Assembly (NCBI GenBank): GCA_965153355.1
Contig: OZ231126.1
Coordinates: forward strand, 1,054,001 to 1,118,000
From: Flaccisagitta enflata
Taxonomy: Eukaryota
Length of the DNA: 64,000 bases
Direction: 5' to 3'
The position numbers and the translations under genes were made by a program. Positions 40,062-53,658 of this stretch are shown piece after piece (the first letter of the stretch is position 1; each line of letters opens with the position of its first letter). The notes under the pieces are model-generated. The model ran no database searches, was not told the origin of the DNA, and saw only the letters and a program-made list of their open reading frames with translations.

Positions 40062-40560
40062 CCTCTTCTTTCCTTTTTTTCGCCATAATCTTTTTTGCCT
40101 TCGTTCCTCTCCGTTCCTTTTTTTCGCCACAATCTCCTTTTGCCTCCTTTCCTCTCCTTTTCTTTTTTTCACCATAATCTTTTTTGCCTTCTTTCCTCTC
40201 CTTTCCTTTTTTTTGCCATAATCTTATTTGCCTCCTTTCTTCTCCTTTCCTTATTTTCGCTATAATCTTTTTAGCCTTCTTTCCTCTCCTTTCCTTTTTT
40301 TCGCCCTAATCTTTTTTGCCTCCTATCCTCTCCTTTCCTTTTTATCGCCATAATCTTTTTTGCCTTCTTTCCTCTCCTTTCCTTTTTTTTCGCCATAATC
40401 TTATTTGCCTCCTTTCTTCTTCTTTCTTTTTTTCGCCATAACCTTTTTTGCCTTCTTTCCTCTCCTTTCCTTTTTTTCGCCATAATCTTTTTTGCCTTCT
40501 TTCCTCTCCTTTCCTTTTTTTCGCCATATTCTTTTTTGCCTCCCTTTTTACTCTTCTCTT
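40062..40560. repeat. ~45-bp pyrimidine-rich minisatellite
   Basis: About 11 units of ttcctctcctttccttttttcgccataatcttttttgcc. Confidence 0.85.
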
Positions 40561-41209
40561 GTTTCTTTCCCCTCATTGAATTACTGAGACCTTAATTTTG
40601 AAGGTCTCACAAGTGAGAGTTCCACATAAATGGATTTGGACAATGTTCAGTCACTAGACTAGACTAGACTGGACTAGACTAGACTGGACTAGACTAGAAC
40701 CAGGTCACCCGCCTACCGCCCAACATATCTAGAAAACACACAATCAATCGGACCCGCGTATAGACACACGGACAAACGGACACGCGTCCGGTATTTTATC
40801 TTCAAATCGCCGTGTTTGACTAATGAGGTGTGACTTAAGTTTTTATCCTATTATGAAAGCGCGATAATGCGAGCTCATGGGTCTGAGCTTACACTTGCAC
40901 TTTGAGTCAAACTAGTCTGACTCTGGTCAAGATGCAGCTGAAAATTTAGATCGTCATCACCCTTTGATACCAATTTCATTGAAAAGATTCATTTTGACCG
41001 GAATGTGGAGAAATGTCGGTCCTCCTGTATTTTACTAACACAGGCCAATAAACTTAACTGCCAAAACAGCTAGGGCAGGGACAATTGGGCATTGATGTAA
41101 AAAGGGAAACTCTCGGCATGGGCTGGGGTTTACGTACAATAAATCACTACTTCAAAAATACAGGCCAACCTACTAATACAAAGTTTTTTATTTTTTTTTC
41201 ACGCGATTA

Positions 41210-41840
41210 CAGGTTCGGATAGATTATAAAATGAAATTTGGTATGGAAAGTCAGTGGGGGAATACTTTTCGGGTCATCAGAGGGTTTTTTCAATTTCCGC
41301 CCCTGAGCAGAGATATGGGGGTGGGGTGGGGTAGCCCCTTAGGGCTGAAAAATCTCAAAAAAATTTTTTTTGAGATTTTTGATTTTTTTCAATTGGATAT
41401 GTTGTATTAGGCTCTAATAAACATAATAAACTAAAAATTATTATAAAATTCTAATTCCAAGTGATTTTATAAGTATTTTCAATGTTTTTGAAATTCTTTG
41501 CTCTAACGTGTAAAATTGAATAATTCTTCAAATTTTGAGAATAATCCAAAATTTTTTGTATATTTATCATGATATAAACTAGATTTAACCAATAAAATTC
41601 AAAAATTGGAAAAAATTGAAAAAAAATTTTTTGAGATTTTTCAACCCTCAGGGGCTACCCCGCATCACCCCCATATCTCTGCTCAGGGGCGGAAATTGAA
41701 AAAACCCTCTGATGGCCCAAAAAGTATTCCCCCACTGACTTTCCATACCAAATTTCATGTCTGTTCTATAAGTGGTTTGGGCTGTAGGGTGGGGTGGGTT
41801 AGAAAGTGACATATAGCATTTTATAATCCATCCGAACCTG
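41210..41840. mobile_element. Foldback-like TA-flanked MITE
   Basis: TA-caggttcggat...atccgaacctg-TA; arms are complementary over more than 150 bp. Confidence 0.85.
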
Positions 41841-42267
41841 TACTTCATTTACATCAATTTTCTTTTTTGATAATTTCTAGGATTAAAACAGCAGTTAGCA
41901 ACGCAGCAATTGCAGCATGAGTATGATTTGACCCTCTGCGAGTTTCCCTTGTAACTTAGCAGTCATCCCGGAGTGGAGCTGGAACAGAGGAGACACAAAG
42001 GGACAGGAAAGACACTATGGATGAATCTTGATGATTGCATGATAATGAGGCAAGAGACTCTGAGACTCAAGGCGCTGCCCAGAGCTGAGGAAGAAGAGGG
42101 GGCTTGGAATAGGGGGGGATGAAAGCGGGAGGCGTAGCTTACGCTATGACTTTTCCTTACTTGAGCGTAAATTCTCCCACGTGATGACATCACCAATGAG
42201 CAAAAGTTGAAGGCTTAAGCTAAAAGAAAAAAAATCTTAAAAGAGTATGGGTCCGCGACTGGGGCGA

Positions 42268-43495
42268 AACGGCGTTTTCAAACGTCGTTGTCAAACGGCG
42301 TTGTCAAACGGCGTTGTCAAACGGCGTTGTCAAACGGCGTTGTCAAACGGCGTTGTCAAACGGCGTTGTCAAACGGCGTTGTCAAACGGCGTTGTCAAAC
42401 GGCGTTGTCAAACGGCGTTGTCAAATGGCGTTGTCAAACGGCGTTGTCAAATGGCGTTGTCAAAGGGCGGTTTGGCCGGTTTGGCCAGTAAGCATGTTAT
42501 AATCTTTACAAATCAAATACATATGTTGAGTCCTTCCATTTAGAGACTACATACCAAGTTTTAACCAAATCGGTTGAAAAATGCCAAAGTTATGTAAATT
42601 TTTTCACTTTTAGGCTGGTAGGCTGGTTGGGTGGTAGGCCGGTTTGGCCAGTTAGCATGCTAAAATCTTTACAATTCAAATGCATATGTTGAATTTTTCC
42701 ATTTAGGGACTACATGCCAAATTTTAACCAAATCGGTAGAAAAATGCCGAAGTTATGCACGTTTTTCACTTTTAGGCTGGTAGGCTAGTTGGGTGGTAGG
42801 CCGGTTTGGCCGGTTAGCATGCTATAATCTTTACAAATCAAATACATATGTTGAGTCCTTCCATTTAGAGACTACATACCAAGTTTTAACCTGATCGGTT
42901 GATAAATGCCAAAGTTATGCACGTTTTTCACTTTTAGGCTGGTAGGCTGGTTGGGTGGTAGGCCGGTTTGGCCAGTTAGCATGCTTAAATCTTTACAAAT
43001 CAAATACATATGTTGAGTCCTTCCATTTAGAGACTACATACCAAATTTCAACCAAATTGGTTGGAAAATGACAAAGTTATGCACGTTTTTCACTTTTGGG
43101 CTGGTAGGCTAGTTGGGTGGTAGGCCGGTTTGGCCAGTTAGCATGCTAAAATCTTTACAATTCAAATACATATGTTGAGTTCTTCCATTTAGGGACTACA
43201 TACCAAATTTTAACCAAATCGGTAGAAAAATGCCGAAGTTATGCACATTTTTCACTTTTAGGCTGGTAGGCTGGTTGGGCCGGTTGGGTGGGTCGGATCA
43301 TAACATACGCATAGGCTGCAAAGCGGTTTACCCTAATACAACTTCCCTCCAAATATGAAGCAAATCGGTCAAGGCGTTCAAAAGTTAGCCCATTTTTAAA
43401 AGTGTGGACGACGACGACAACAACGACGACGACGACACCCACCTGCCTCGAATTATAATCCGCGTCGGAATGGTATTCCGTCGCGGACAAAAAGT
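42268..43495. mobile_element. Helentron-like element end with 14-bp and 162-bp tandem arrays
   Basis: (aacggcgttgtcaa) ~14x, then a 162-bp unit ~5x, then (gac)n and a terminal hairpin tccgcgtcggaat...attccgtcgcgga followed by aaaaa. Confidence 0.7.
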
Positions 43496-43614
43496 CTGAT
43501 CCTCTTAAAAGGCTTGGATTTCCATCTCTGATCTTTCTCTCGGCGCATGTTTACCGTTTACTTCGATCTCGAACTCCGAAAAAAAGAAAAGTAAAGAAAT
43601 GCCATTGTCTGAAA

Positions 43615-44152
43615 TAGTCAGGCTGTGTCTGCCTAATTGTATGTCTCACTGACGTTTTTAGGCTGTGTCTGCCTGACTGACAGTATCAGGCTGGGTCTGC
43701 CTGATTGAGAGTGTCAGGCTGAGTCTGCCTGACTGACAGCTGTGTCTGCATGACTGGCAATGTCAGGCTGTGTCTGCCTGACTGACAATGTCAGGTTGTG
43801 TCTACCGGACTGACAGTGACATGCTATGTATGTCTGACTGACAGTGTCAGGCTGTGTTTGTCTGATTGACAGCTGTTTCTGTCTGATTGACAGTGTCAGA
43901 CTGTGTCTACCTGTCTGACAATGTCAGGCTCAGTCTGCCTGATTGACAGGGTCAGGCTGTGCCTGCCTGACTGACCATGTCAGGCTGTGTCAGCTTGATT
44001 GACAGTGTCAGGCTGTGTATGTTTGACTGACAGTGTCAGGCTCTGTCTGCCTGATTGACAATTTCAGGCTGTGTATGTCTGACTGATATTGTCAGGCTCT
44101 GTCTGTCTGACGGAGAGTGACAGGCTGTGTCTGTCTGACTGTCAGTGTCAGC
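43615..44152. repeat. ~29-bp minisatellite
   Basis: Repeated gtcaggctgtgtctgcctgactgacagt units. Confidence 0.85.
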
Positions 44153-45910
44153 CCGACAAGCGAGAAAATGTAGAGGCTCTCCGCGTTTGCGCAATTAAGT
44201 TGTCTTGAGCTCTTTTAAATCAATTATGAATTCAAATCAATTATGAATTTTCTTTTGAATCTCTGCATCAGTTGCAAAACCTCTCTTTTCATAGAATATG
44301 AGTTCATTGACTCGTTGGTAATTCAACTACAGATGGAAAGCTTAATTTTTTGCCTATACTATGGTTTGATCAATGTAAATAAAAGAATAGGGTTTATGTA
44401 TGTATTTATAATACTGTGATACACAGAAAATAACTAGGGCTTTACAATCATGTGGCATTCATGATAAATACCGCTGTTTCATTTTATCCGCCTTTGCTCG
44501 TCTTCTTTGCACTGTGCTTTCAGAGTAATTCTGAGTGAAAAAACATAAAACAATTAGTTTTTCTGCAGCTTTTTTTAGTATAGGGGTGTAATAACATATA
44601 ACTAGCAAAAAACAAAATCATTCACTAAGCGCTTTTTTGATGCAGATTCTACTGAGTTGAATTGACTCATTTTCTGATTGAATATTGTCAATCCTTGCAA
44701 AATTCCTTTTCATTTGATAGGTCGCACATCTATATTTTTGTAAAGATTTAAAATTTTCATCTTTTGAGTTGCCATTACCATTACCATTTGATTTTTTGAG
44801 TTACCATTACTAAAGTAGCAGATTTAAAACCCCATTGTCATATGAACTTTCACTCAGATTTTTTTGAAAGCACATTGTTTGGTTGGGGAAGGTTCAGGGC
44901 GTGTGTGTATATGGATTTGCGACGGGCATTAGGTTGGTGTGCATATCAATGTATCCTATTTCTTATTGATATGCTTAGAACTTCTGTGACATTCAATCCA
45001 TTTATCAATTTCACTAGTTCCGGCTCTTAAACTAAAAATCCGCAGTATCAGTAGTCACGCGATCACGCGCGCGAGTAAAGACAGTTTTGAGCTGTCTTTA
45101 TGTCCGTTCTCGGGTCGTAAAACTGCACAAGATTCGCCGCGTCCTCCTCCTCCTCCTCCTCCTCCTCCTCCTCCTCCTCCTCCTCCTCCTCCTCCTCCTC
45201 CTCCTCCTCCTCCTACCCTTCTCTTCCTTTTCCCCCCCCTCTTCATCTAACTTCTTAACGACCTTGGAGTTAAAAATACTGCTGTCCAAAATTCGAGACT
45301 TTGGGGGAAAATTCTTCTTGAACATTTGGAGGTCCATAAATGGGGAGAAGAGAGGAGGAAATGAAGAAGATGGGGTCAAGAGTAAGTGAGGAACAAGCAA
45401 TGATGCGGTTTTTGCTGTTGTTTTACTTGTTTACCTTCATTGCCATTGATGCCGCTTACACATGATAAAGAAGAAGAAGAAGAAGAAGAAGAAGAAGAAG
45501 AAGAAGAAGAAGAAGAAAAAGAAGAAGAAGAAGAAGGAGAAGAAGAAGAAGAAGAAGAAGAAGAAGAAGAAGAAGAAGAAGAAGAAAGCCAACACCAGGC
45601 CCGATGACAAAACCAGCACCAATCGACTAATCTGCATTTGATTTCTCTATTTCGGTGCGTCCTAGCGATATCAAAGCTACACGATCGTTCATCTCAAATG
45701 GTAAAAAGTATTATGCTTTTATGCCAAGACTTATTATCTGACAGGTCTGGAACTTTTTAAACCCTAAAGTATATTGTTTGACGTTTTTTGTGTTAAAATC
45801 TTATTGGTCTGGGTTATATTCTTTAGCCACAGCATCAATTTGAAGTAAGACGAGTATCCACAAAAAAGGGTCTTTATACCAAAAAAATCATTCATTAGGC
45901 ATGAGTTATT

Positions 45911-46390
45911 CAGTCAGTCCCAATTCCGTATTCATCCATATGCTCGTATCTCGACATATTTCGGGGCATATTTCGGTATATTGAAATATGACTCACAAAA
46001 GTTAGATTTATTCGATTGTGGCTTTATCAAATTCTGAATGAATTCCGTAGCAGTTTGTAACGTTAACGGTCTCCAAAGATTTTGCTACTTAAATCTTAGA
46101 AGAAATACATTTATGAATGCTGTACCATTCAATCGTATCCTTGTATTTTGTTAATCCTTCCAAATTTTTAATCTCAGCTGATTATTCAAGTATTGGGCAC
46201 GAAAAAACAAAGTAAATAAGATCAGATATTGGAAGTTGCTTTGCTACTCCATTTTGAGTGGCATAGCAAAAAGGGAAAGACGAAAGTCATATTTCTATAC
46301 ATCGAAATATGCCCAAATAACCAAAGTTGCTTTATCTCGTAACATGATGAGATATGGGCATATGGATGAATGCGGAATTGGGACTGACTG
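45911..46390. mobile_element. Tc1/mariner-type MITE
   Basis: TIR cagtcagtcccaattccgtattcatccatatgc / gcatatggatgaatgcggaattgggactgactg. Confidence 0.8.
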
Positions 46391-46855
46391 TATTAGCAAA
46401 TTGTTCAAGATGTAGATGCGTTGCTTGGAGAAAATGGGATTACTGTTGGAGAACATCGTGGAAGAGGATTTCGACCGCGTTGTAAAGAGACCCATCTTGT
46501 TTGTGCCAAAACATTGCTCATGTATTCATTTCATGATAGAGTTGAACCCCTCTAACGGACCCGCCACCAACGAATTTCCGCCTGTAACAGATGCAAATTC
46601 ATGGTCCCTTCAAGTATATTTCTTTTATTTCCTTTGTTGGCAATAAAAGAAGTCCGCTTATAGCAGAAGAAAGTTGTAGGTCCCTTTAATTCCTTTGGAG
46701 CGGGGTTTAACTGTATGTCTGATTTGTAAGTTGTTTGAAGAACATGGGATTTCTGTTGTAGAACATCGACCAAGAGAATTTTCACGTCATACAGAGAGAT
46801 CCATTTGGTTCATAACATGAATTGATGTTTTCTTTACCATGACATTAATTTGTAG

Positions 46856-47001
46856 GTTGTTTGGAGAACATGGGATATCTGTTGGAGAATATTGAGCAAG
46901 AGGATTTTCACTGCGTTGTAGAAGGACTCATTTACGCCATCTCTAAAGGCATGAAAGAAGAAGCGGAATTCATCGCAAAACATCCAGAATTCCAAGACAA
47001 G
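46856..47001 (+). CDS. TRPC-like channel, ankyrin exon
   Basis: tttgtag|(G)CLENMGYLLENIEQEDFHCVVEGLIYAISKGMKEEAEFIAKHPEFQDK|GTGAAG; phase 1 start matches 31321. Confidence 0.85.
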
Positions 47002-47353
47002 GTGAAGTCTATCAACACTCGCTCATGAATTCGCTCATGAATTCGCTCACGGACCCTCTTGCTTACTTTTTTTGTGAGTCGCAAGCTTGCGACTCACAAA
47101 AGAGGAAAAGGAAAAAAAAAAATTCAAGGCAAAAATCCCCTCGCCTGCTCTGCTATGCGAATCAAAAACAAAAGCCGTGCCTTTTTATTAGTAGATCCAA
47201 AAAAAAAAAAAAAAAAAAAAAAAAAATTATCAAACATTTTTTTGTCATAGTGATTTTTAAAATTTTAAAGTTTTTTCATACTAGACCAATCTCAAGTCTG
47301 TAACTCAAACCATTTAGAAACTTGAACTTGTCAAAACGAACAAATATTTTCTA

Positions 47354-47752
47354 TTTTTTGGCAGCGGCCCCGAAGGGATCGATGACCTATGCTTTCACAC
47401 GGGGGAAATTTCTCCTCTGTACGTCCTACCCCCTCAAATCCCAGTCTCGAGACCCAAATTCCAGTCTTGAGGCTCAAATCTCAGTCTCGAGGCCCAAATC
47501 TCAGTCTCGAGTCCCAAATTCCAGCCTCGAGGCCCAAATCCTAGCCACAAGGCCCAAATCCTAGACTGGAGGCCAAGATCCCAGCCTCAAGGCCAAATTG
47601 GAGGCCAAGGAGAAGGAGGAGAAATTTCCCCTGTATGAAAGCATAGGTCCTCGACCCCTTCAGGGCTGCTGCCCTGCTTCCCCTTCAACTTCAAGCACAA
47701 CCTACTTAGGCAGGGCACGGGTACCGCTGACCATCTAACGCTTTCGCGACTA
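47354..47752 (+). mobile_element. HINE family C with 21-bp internal repeats
   Basis: ttttttggcagcggccccgaagggatcgatgacctatgctttca...tgaaagcataggtcctcgacccc...gggtaccgctgaccatctaacgc. Confidence 0.75.
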
Positions 47753-47764
47753 TTTTTCTGTTTA

Positions 47765-48145
47765 ATGATGTTACTGTACAGTAACTGTGTTCCCATTTTG
47801 ACCTACGGATGTGAAGTAAAAAGACATAACGGACGTGAAATGACTAGTTTGGATGTTTCATTAAATGATTGCATAAGAAAGATTTTTGGTTTTCACCGTT
47901 GGGAAAGTACACGTGAATTACGAAAGTCACTTGGTTACGAGTCCATAACAGAAATTTTTGCGAAGAGAAATTCCCGCTTTTTGAATGGTATTAGTCGGAC
48001 GGGAAATTCTGTATTGATTCAACTCAAATCACTCTCCTAGTATAGTCTTTGTAAAATTTCACTTAATCTTCATCGGATTTCTCATTTTACCTTTTTGCGT
48101 GTATGTATGCTTTGTAACAACCCATTTGTTGACGAATATAATTCA
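47765..48145 (+). mobile_element. 3' fragment of a non-LTR retrotransposon (RTE-X/L2-like)
   Basis: VPILTYGCEV...LNDCIRKIFGFHRWEST, typical of the post-RT C-terminus, followed by a short UTR. Confidence 0.7.
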
Positions 48146-48684
48146 TATATAATAGTATGGCAAAACTGAAAAACGCAATGTTTTTATTCTTTCTTATTCC
48201 ATTTCTAAACGATTAAAGTAAGAAATGCCAGATTGGCGCCAAATGAAAACTTGGTTTAGGATTTTTATTTGTTATTTTGAATTTCAATATGACAATAAAC
48301 CATTTGAAAGTGCGGCTTTTTTTATTGAGTCGCGTAGTAAGTTTAAATGCTTACGCTCATTCTCGCGCTTATTCCCACGCGTAGCACAAGGTATTCATGT
48401 TTTAGGAAGAGTTGTAGCGGACGCACGGAAGGATAGACGGATGGACAGATGGACGGATAAAAGGATGGATAGACGGACAGACAGATGCTCCGGAGATGCT
48501 GGGACGCATAAGAAGACTACCCCTCGAGTGGGTCTTGAGACGGTTCTCGGGATGAGTCAGTTGACAGTTGGGATTGGGCAAGAGAGTCTCAAAGTAAATT
48601 GGACACAGAATCAGACTCAACATTCGGAAAATCCATGTGATATTAAATAAGACTTATTGAGAAAATTGATTTTCTGTTCATTTT

Positions 48685-48770
<86 letters not shown>

Positions 48771-48863
48771 GCACAAACACACACACACACATACACACAC
48801 TCACACACACACAAACACACACAAACACACCTTCCCTTTTTTTCCTGCTGCCTTTCACTACAG

Positions 48864-48895
48864 GACCGTGTTCGAGTCTCCATGAATAAACCATG
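48864..48895 (+). CDS. TRPC-like channel, 32-nt micro-exon
   Basis: ctttcactacag|DRVRVSMNKP tg|GTAAGC. Bridges the phase 0 donor at 47001 to the phase 2 acceptor at 50323. Confidence 0.75.
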
Positions 48896-48994
48896 GTAAG
48901 CACAACTGCAGTCATTTCATGGGAATGAAATCATCTCGGTGCCAATTGTATTTCTACCATTTTCTGTTTTTGATAGCTGATTGTCAATTTCCAA

Positions 48995-49398
48995 TTTTTA
49001 GTCGCGTACACGCGACTCTACACCCCGCTTTGTCGGTCCGTCCGTCCGTCGGTCCGTCCATCCGTCCGTCGGTAGGTCCGTCACACTTTACTTTTTTTGT
49101 AATATAACGTCAACTCTTAGGTCATTTTCAGTTTTTTTTAGTCATTAATAGTTATTCTAAGTCATTTTGAGTCATTCTATGTCATTTTAAGTCATTCCAA
49201 GTCATTTTAAGTTATTTTAAGTCATTTTTGGTCATTAGGTTTTTTAGTCATCTTAAGTCCTTTTTGGACATTTTAAGTCATTCTAAGTCATTCTAAGTCA
49301 TTCTAAGTCATTCTAAGTCATTCTAAGTCATTCTAAGTCATTCTAAGTCTTTCTTACCCTGTAAATCTCGCACGCGACTTATAGGTGTTGGCCTTGTT
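48995..49398 (+). mobile_element. HINE family A with internal (gtcattctaa)n
   Basis: tttttagtcgcgtacacgcgact hairpin, (gtcc)n, 10-bp repeats, gcacgcgact subTIR, ggccttgtt end. Confidence 0.8.
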
Positions 49399-50322
49399 TA
49401 GATGCGTGAGATCCTGTACTGAAATAAATGATCAACCAACATGTTTTGAGAGCCTCCTTTACTACTTGTCCGTTCGTCCATCTGTCGTCCATATATGTCA
49501 CGTTATCAATACACGCAAAGACATAGTCCGGACGCATCGTTGCCCGTCGGGCTTGTTCTTTTCCGTCAGGAACGCATACTAATAAGATGGTCTGTCCGTC
49601 CGTCTGTCCGTCCGTCCATCCGTCAGTTGGTCGGTGGGTCGTTTGGTTGGTTGGTTGGTTGGTCAGTCGGTTGGTTGGTTGGTCGGTCAGTTGGTCGGTT
49701 GGGTGGTTGGTTGGTTGTTTGGTCGGTTGGTCGGTTGGTCGGTTGGTCGGTTGGTTGGTCGGTTGGTCAGTCCGTCCGTCCGTTACGCCTGTGCAAAAAC
49801 CGCGTTTTTCGACTGTTTTTGGCTACGGTGAGATCCTATACTGAAACAAATGATCAACCAACATGTTTTGAGGGCCTCCTTTACTACTCAGTCGTTTGAC
49901 TGCACATCTGTTCGTCCATCTGTCTCTTCATATATGTCACATGATCAATACATGCAGAGACACGGCCCGGACTCATCTTTGCCCGGCCGGGCTTGTTCCA
50001 TTTTCTGTTAAGCATGTGAGGTGGCCCATTATCCGAAATGGAAAAAGTGGCCCATTTTTAAAAAATGGGAGTTCAACATTGCTCGAACTTTATTCCCATT
50101 TTACTCACATCTCTTCCTAACAATTACGCCCGGAAAAGGAAGCTTAAATTTCTGTTTTTAAGAATTACCAAAATTGCTCTTTACTATTTCCTAATTTCCC
50201 GAACCTTTCCTTCCTTCCTTCCTTCCTTCCTTCCTTCCTTCCTTCCTTCCTTCCTTCCTTCCTTCCTTCCTTCCTTTCTTCCTTCCTTCCTTCCTTCCTT
50301 CCTTCCTTCTTTTCCTATGTAG

Positions 50323-50437
50323 CACTCCTGGAAAAGGTGGCTTATTTTTCGAAATGATGACGCCGATTTTGATGGCGGCGCAGAAAAATGACCACGAAGC
50401 TTACGAACTTCTCACTGACTTGGGTCACTCTATACCC
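50323..50437 (+). CDS. TRPC-like channel exon (last ankyrin repeat)
   Basis: atgtag|c TPGKGGLFFEMMTPILMAAQKNDHEAYELLTDLGHSIP|GTAAGT, like TRPC 'ITPLILAAHxNNYEILKILLxxGAxIP'. Confidence 0.92.
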
Positions 50438-50556
50438 GTAAGTTGAGTCACTAAAGATTAGTAAGTTGGGTCAATCAACTGCTGTTAATTGGGTCACTAA
50501 ATCATTGTGGGTCGGTTGGTCGGGCAGTGGGCCCGAAGGGTTTGATGCCCTATGCT

Positions 50557-53500
50557 TTTTTGGGCAGCGTGTCCAAAGGGGTCGATGACCTATGCTTTCA
50601 CACATATGGGGAATTTTCTCCTTCTTCTCCTTTTTGGGCAGCGGCCCCGAAGGGGACGAAGTCCTGTAGAACACAGGGGGACTTTCGTTCGTCCGTTAGT
50701 TCGTTCGTTCGTCCGTTCGTCCCCCCTCTCAGGCCCAAAATCAGCCCTCTCAAGCCTGAAACCCCCCTCTCAGGCCCAAAATCAGCCCTCTCAAGCCTGA
50801 AATCAGCCCTCTCAGTCCTGAAATCAGCCCTCTCAAGCCTGAAATCAGCCCTCTCAAGCCTCAAATCAGCCTTCTCCAGCCTCAAATCAGCCTTCTCCAG
50901 CCTCAAATCAGCCTTCTCAAGCCTCTTAGTGGCCTTCTAGAGCCTTTCAATCAGCTCTCTCAGACCTTATTTTAGCCCTCTCAAGCCCCCTTACCCCTCT
51001 CAGATCTAAGAATCTCCTACTTCTACAGGACTTCGTCTCCTTCGGGGCCCCTCCATGGCCTCCATGCTCTTTCAGACTCTTAATTTGCCTTCTCAAGCCC
51101 TCTCAACCCTTGAATTGGCTCTCAAAGCTCTCTCAGACCTAATTGTAGCCCTCTCAAGCCTGAAACCCCCCTCTCAGACCCAAAATCAGCCCTCTCAAGC
51201 CTAAACCCCCCTCTCAGGCCCAAAATCAGCCCTCTCAAGCCTGAAATAAGACCTCTCAAGCCTGAAATCAGCCCTCTCAAGCCTGAAATCAGCCCTCTCA
51301 ATCCTGAAATCAGCCCTCTCAAGCCTGAAATCAGCCTTCTCAAGCCTCAAATCAGCCTTCTCCAGCCTCAAATCAGCCTTCTCCAGCCTCAAATCAGCCT
51401 TCTCAAGCCTCTTAGTGGCCTTCTAGAGCCTTTCAATCAGCTCTCTCAGACCTTATTTTAGCCCTCTCAAGCCCCCTTACCCCTCTCAGATCTAAGAATC
51501 TCCTACTTCTACAGGACTTCGTCTCCTTCGGGGCCCCTCCATGCTCTTTCAGACTCTTAATTTGCCTTCTCAAGCCCTCTCAACCCTTGAATTTGCTCTC
51601 AAAGCTCTCTCAGACCTAATTGTAGCCCTCTCATGCCCCCTTACCCCTCTCATATCTAAGAAACCCTTACTTCTTCAGGACTTCATCTCCTTTGGGGCCC
51701 CTCCAAGCCTTTTCAGACACCTAATTTGCCTTCTCAAGCCCTCTCAAGCCTGAAATTGGCTCTACAAATTTAAATCAGCCTCTCAAGCCTGAAATCAGCC
51801 TTCAAGCCTGAAATCAGCCCTCTCAAGCCTGAAATCAGCCCTCTCAAGCCTGAAATCAGCCCTCTCAAGCCTGAAATCAGCCCTCTCAAGCCTGAAATCA
51901 GCCCTCTCAGGCCTCAAATCAGCCTTCTCCAGCCTCAAATCAGCCTTCTCAAGCCTCTTAGTTGCCGCCTTTAAATCAGCTCTCTCAGACCTTATTTTAG
52001 CCCTCTCAAGCCCCCTTACCCCTCTCGATCTCCTACATCTACAGGACTTCGTCTCCTTCGGGCCCCTCCATGCTTTCAGACTCTTAATTTGCCTTCTCAA
52101 GCCCTCTCAACCTTTGAATTGGCTCTCAAAGCTCTCTCAGACCTAATTGTAGCCCTCTCATGCCCCCTTACCCTACTCATATCTAAGAAACCCTTACTTC
52201 TTCAGGACTTTGTCTCCTTTGGGGCCCCTCCAAGCCTTTTGGGCAGCGGCCCCGAAGGGGACGAAGTCCTGTAGAACACAGGGGGACTTTCGTTCGTCCG
52301 TTCGTCCGTCCGTTCGTCCGTTCGTTCGTTAGTCCCCCCCTTCATCAGACCCCTCAGGCCTCAAATCTGGCCTCTCAGGCCTCATATCCAGCCTCTCAGG
52401 TCTCAAATCCAGCCTCCCAGGCCTCAAATCTGGCCTCTCAGGCCTCAAATCTGGCCTCTCAGGCCTCAAATCTGGCCTCTCAGGCCTCAAATCTGGCCTC
52501 TCAGGCCTCGAATCTGGCCTCTCAGGCCTCAAATCTGGCCTCTCAGGCCTCAAATTTGGCTTCTCAGGCCTCAAATCCAAATTCTTAGGCCTCAAACCTG
52601 GACTCTCATGCCTCAAATTAGGCCTCTCAGGCCTCAAATCAGCCATCTAAACCTCAATTTATTGCTCCCAGGCTTCAAATCAGTCCTCTGGCCTTTCAAG
52701 CCTTAATCCAGCTCTCTCAAGCCTCAAGTCAGCCCTCTCAAGCTTCCAATCGGCATTCTCAGGCCTTATATCAGCCTTCTTAGACCTCAGTTTAGGCTCT
52801 TGAATGCCTTCAGTCAGCCCTTTATAGCATCTCATCCACTTCTTCAGGTAGGACGAACGAAAGTCCCCCTGTGTTCTACAGGACTTCGTCCCCTTCGGGG
52901 CCGCTGCCCTGCTTCCCCTCACTTCAATTCACAATCACTCAAAGCAGGGCAACGGGTATCGCTGACCACATATTGCCCTTGGGCGACCTGTTCTCCTTCT
53001 TCTCCTTCATCGTTACCCCCTCAAATCCCAGTCTCGAGGCCCAAATTCCAGTCTTGAGGCCCAAATCCCAGTCTCGATGCCCAAACCCCAGCCAAATTCT
53101 AGCCTCACGGCCCAAATCATAGCCTCAAGGCCCAGATCCCAGCCTTAAGGTCCAAATCCTAGCAAAGAAGCCCAGATTCGAGGCTGAGATTTTGGCCTTG
53201 AGGCTAGGATTTGGACCTTGAGGCTGGGATTTGGGCCTTGAGACTGGGATTTGGGCCTTGAGACTGGGATTTGGGCCCTACGACTGGAATTAGAGGGGGG
53301 ACGGAGGAGGAGAAGGAGCAGAAGGAGAAAATCTCCCATATGTGTGAAAGCATAGGTCATCGAACCCTTTAGGGCCTTGTTGGCTCCTTCGGGACCAGTG
53401 TGCTTAGCGCAACCTACTTAGGCAGGGCATGGGTACCGCTGACCATCTAACGCTTTTGCGACTGTATACTTTTTCAGCTTTTATGGGCTTTTTGAGCTCA

Positions 53501-53590
53501 CCGCTCCTGCCCAAATACCTTAGTGACATTCACTTTCACTGCCCAGACCCACCCGCACGCGACTGGGGTCGCCATGTATTCGGTCTTGTT
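50557..53590 (+). mobile_element. Nested HINE composite (families A/B/C) with 21-bp satellite arrays
   Basis: Repeated gggcagcggccccgaaggggacgaagtcctgtagaacacagg subTIRs (50636, 52241; inverted at 52851-52909). Arrays of ctcaagcctgaaatcagccct and tcaggcctcaaatctggcctc, with ~480-bp higher-order blocks. Confidence 0.8.
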
Positions 53591-53658
53591 TAAAGGAGGC
53601 TGTATTGTTGTGTTGCAGGCTGGATTGTTGTATTGCAGGCTGTATTATTGTATTGTAG

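Noticed and set aside
42268-43290. Regular 14-bp and 162-bp repeats as a CRISPR-like array
   Set aside because: No unique spacers, eukaryotic context and no cas genes; these are head-to-tail satellites in a Helentron-like element.
50527-52646. ORFs with heptad repeats (LERADFR, SSLKSAL, PERPDLR)
   Set aside because: Translations of 21-bp satellites inside HINE elements; open in several frames and on both strands.
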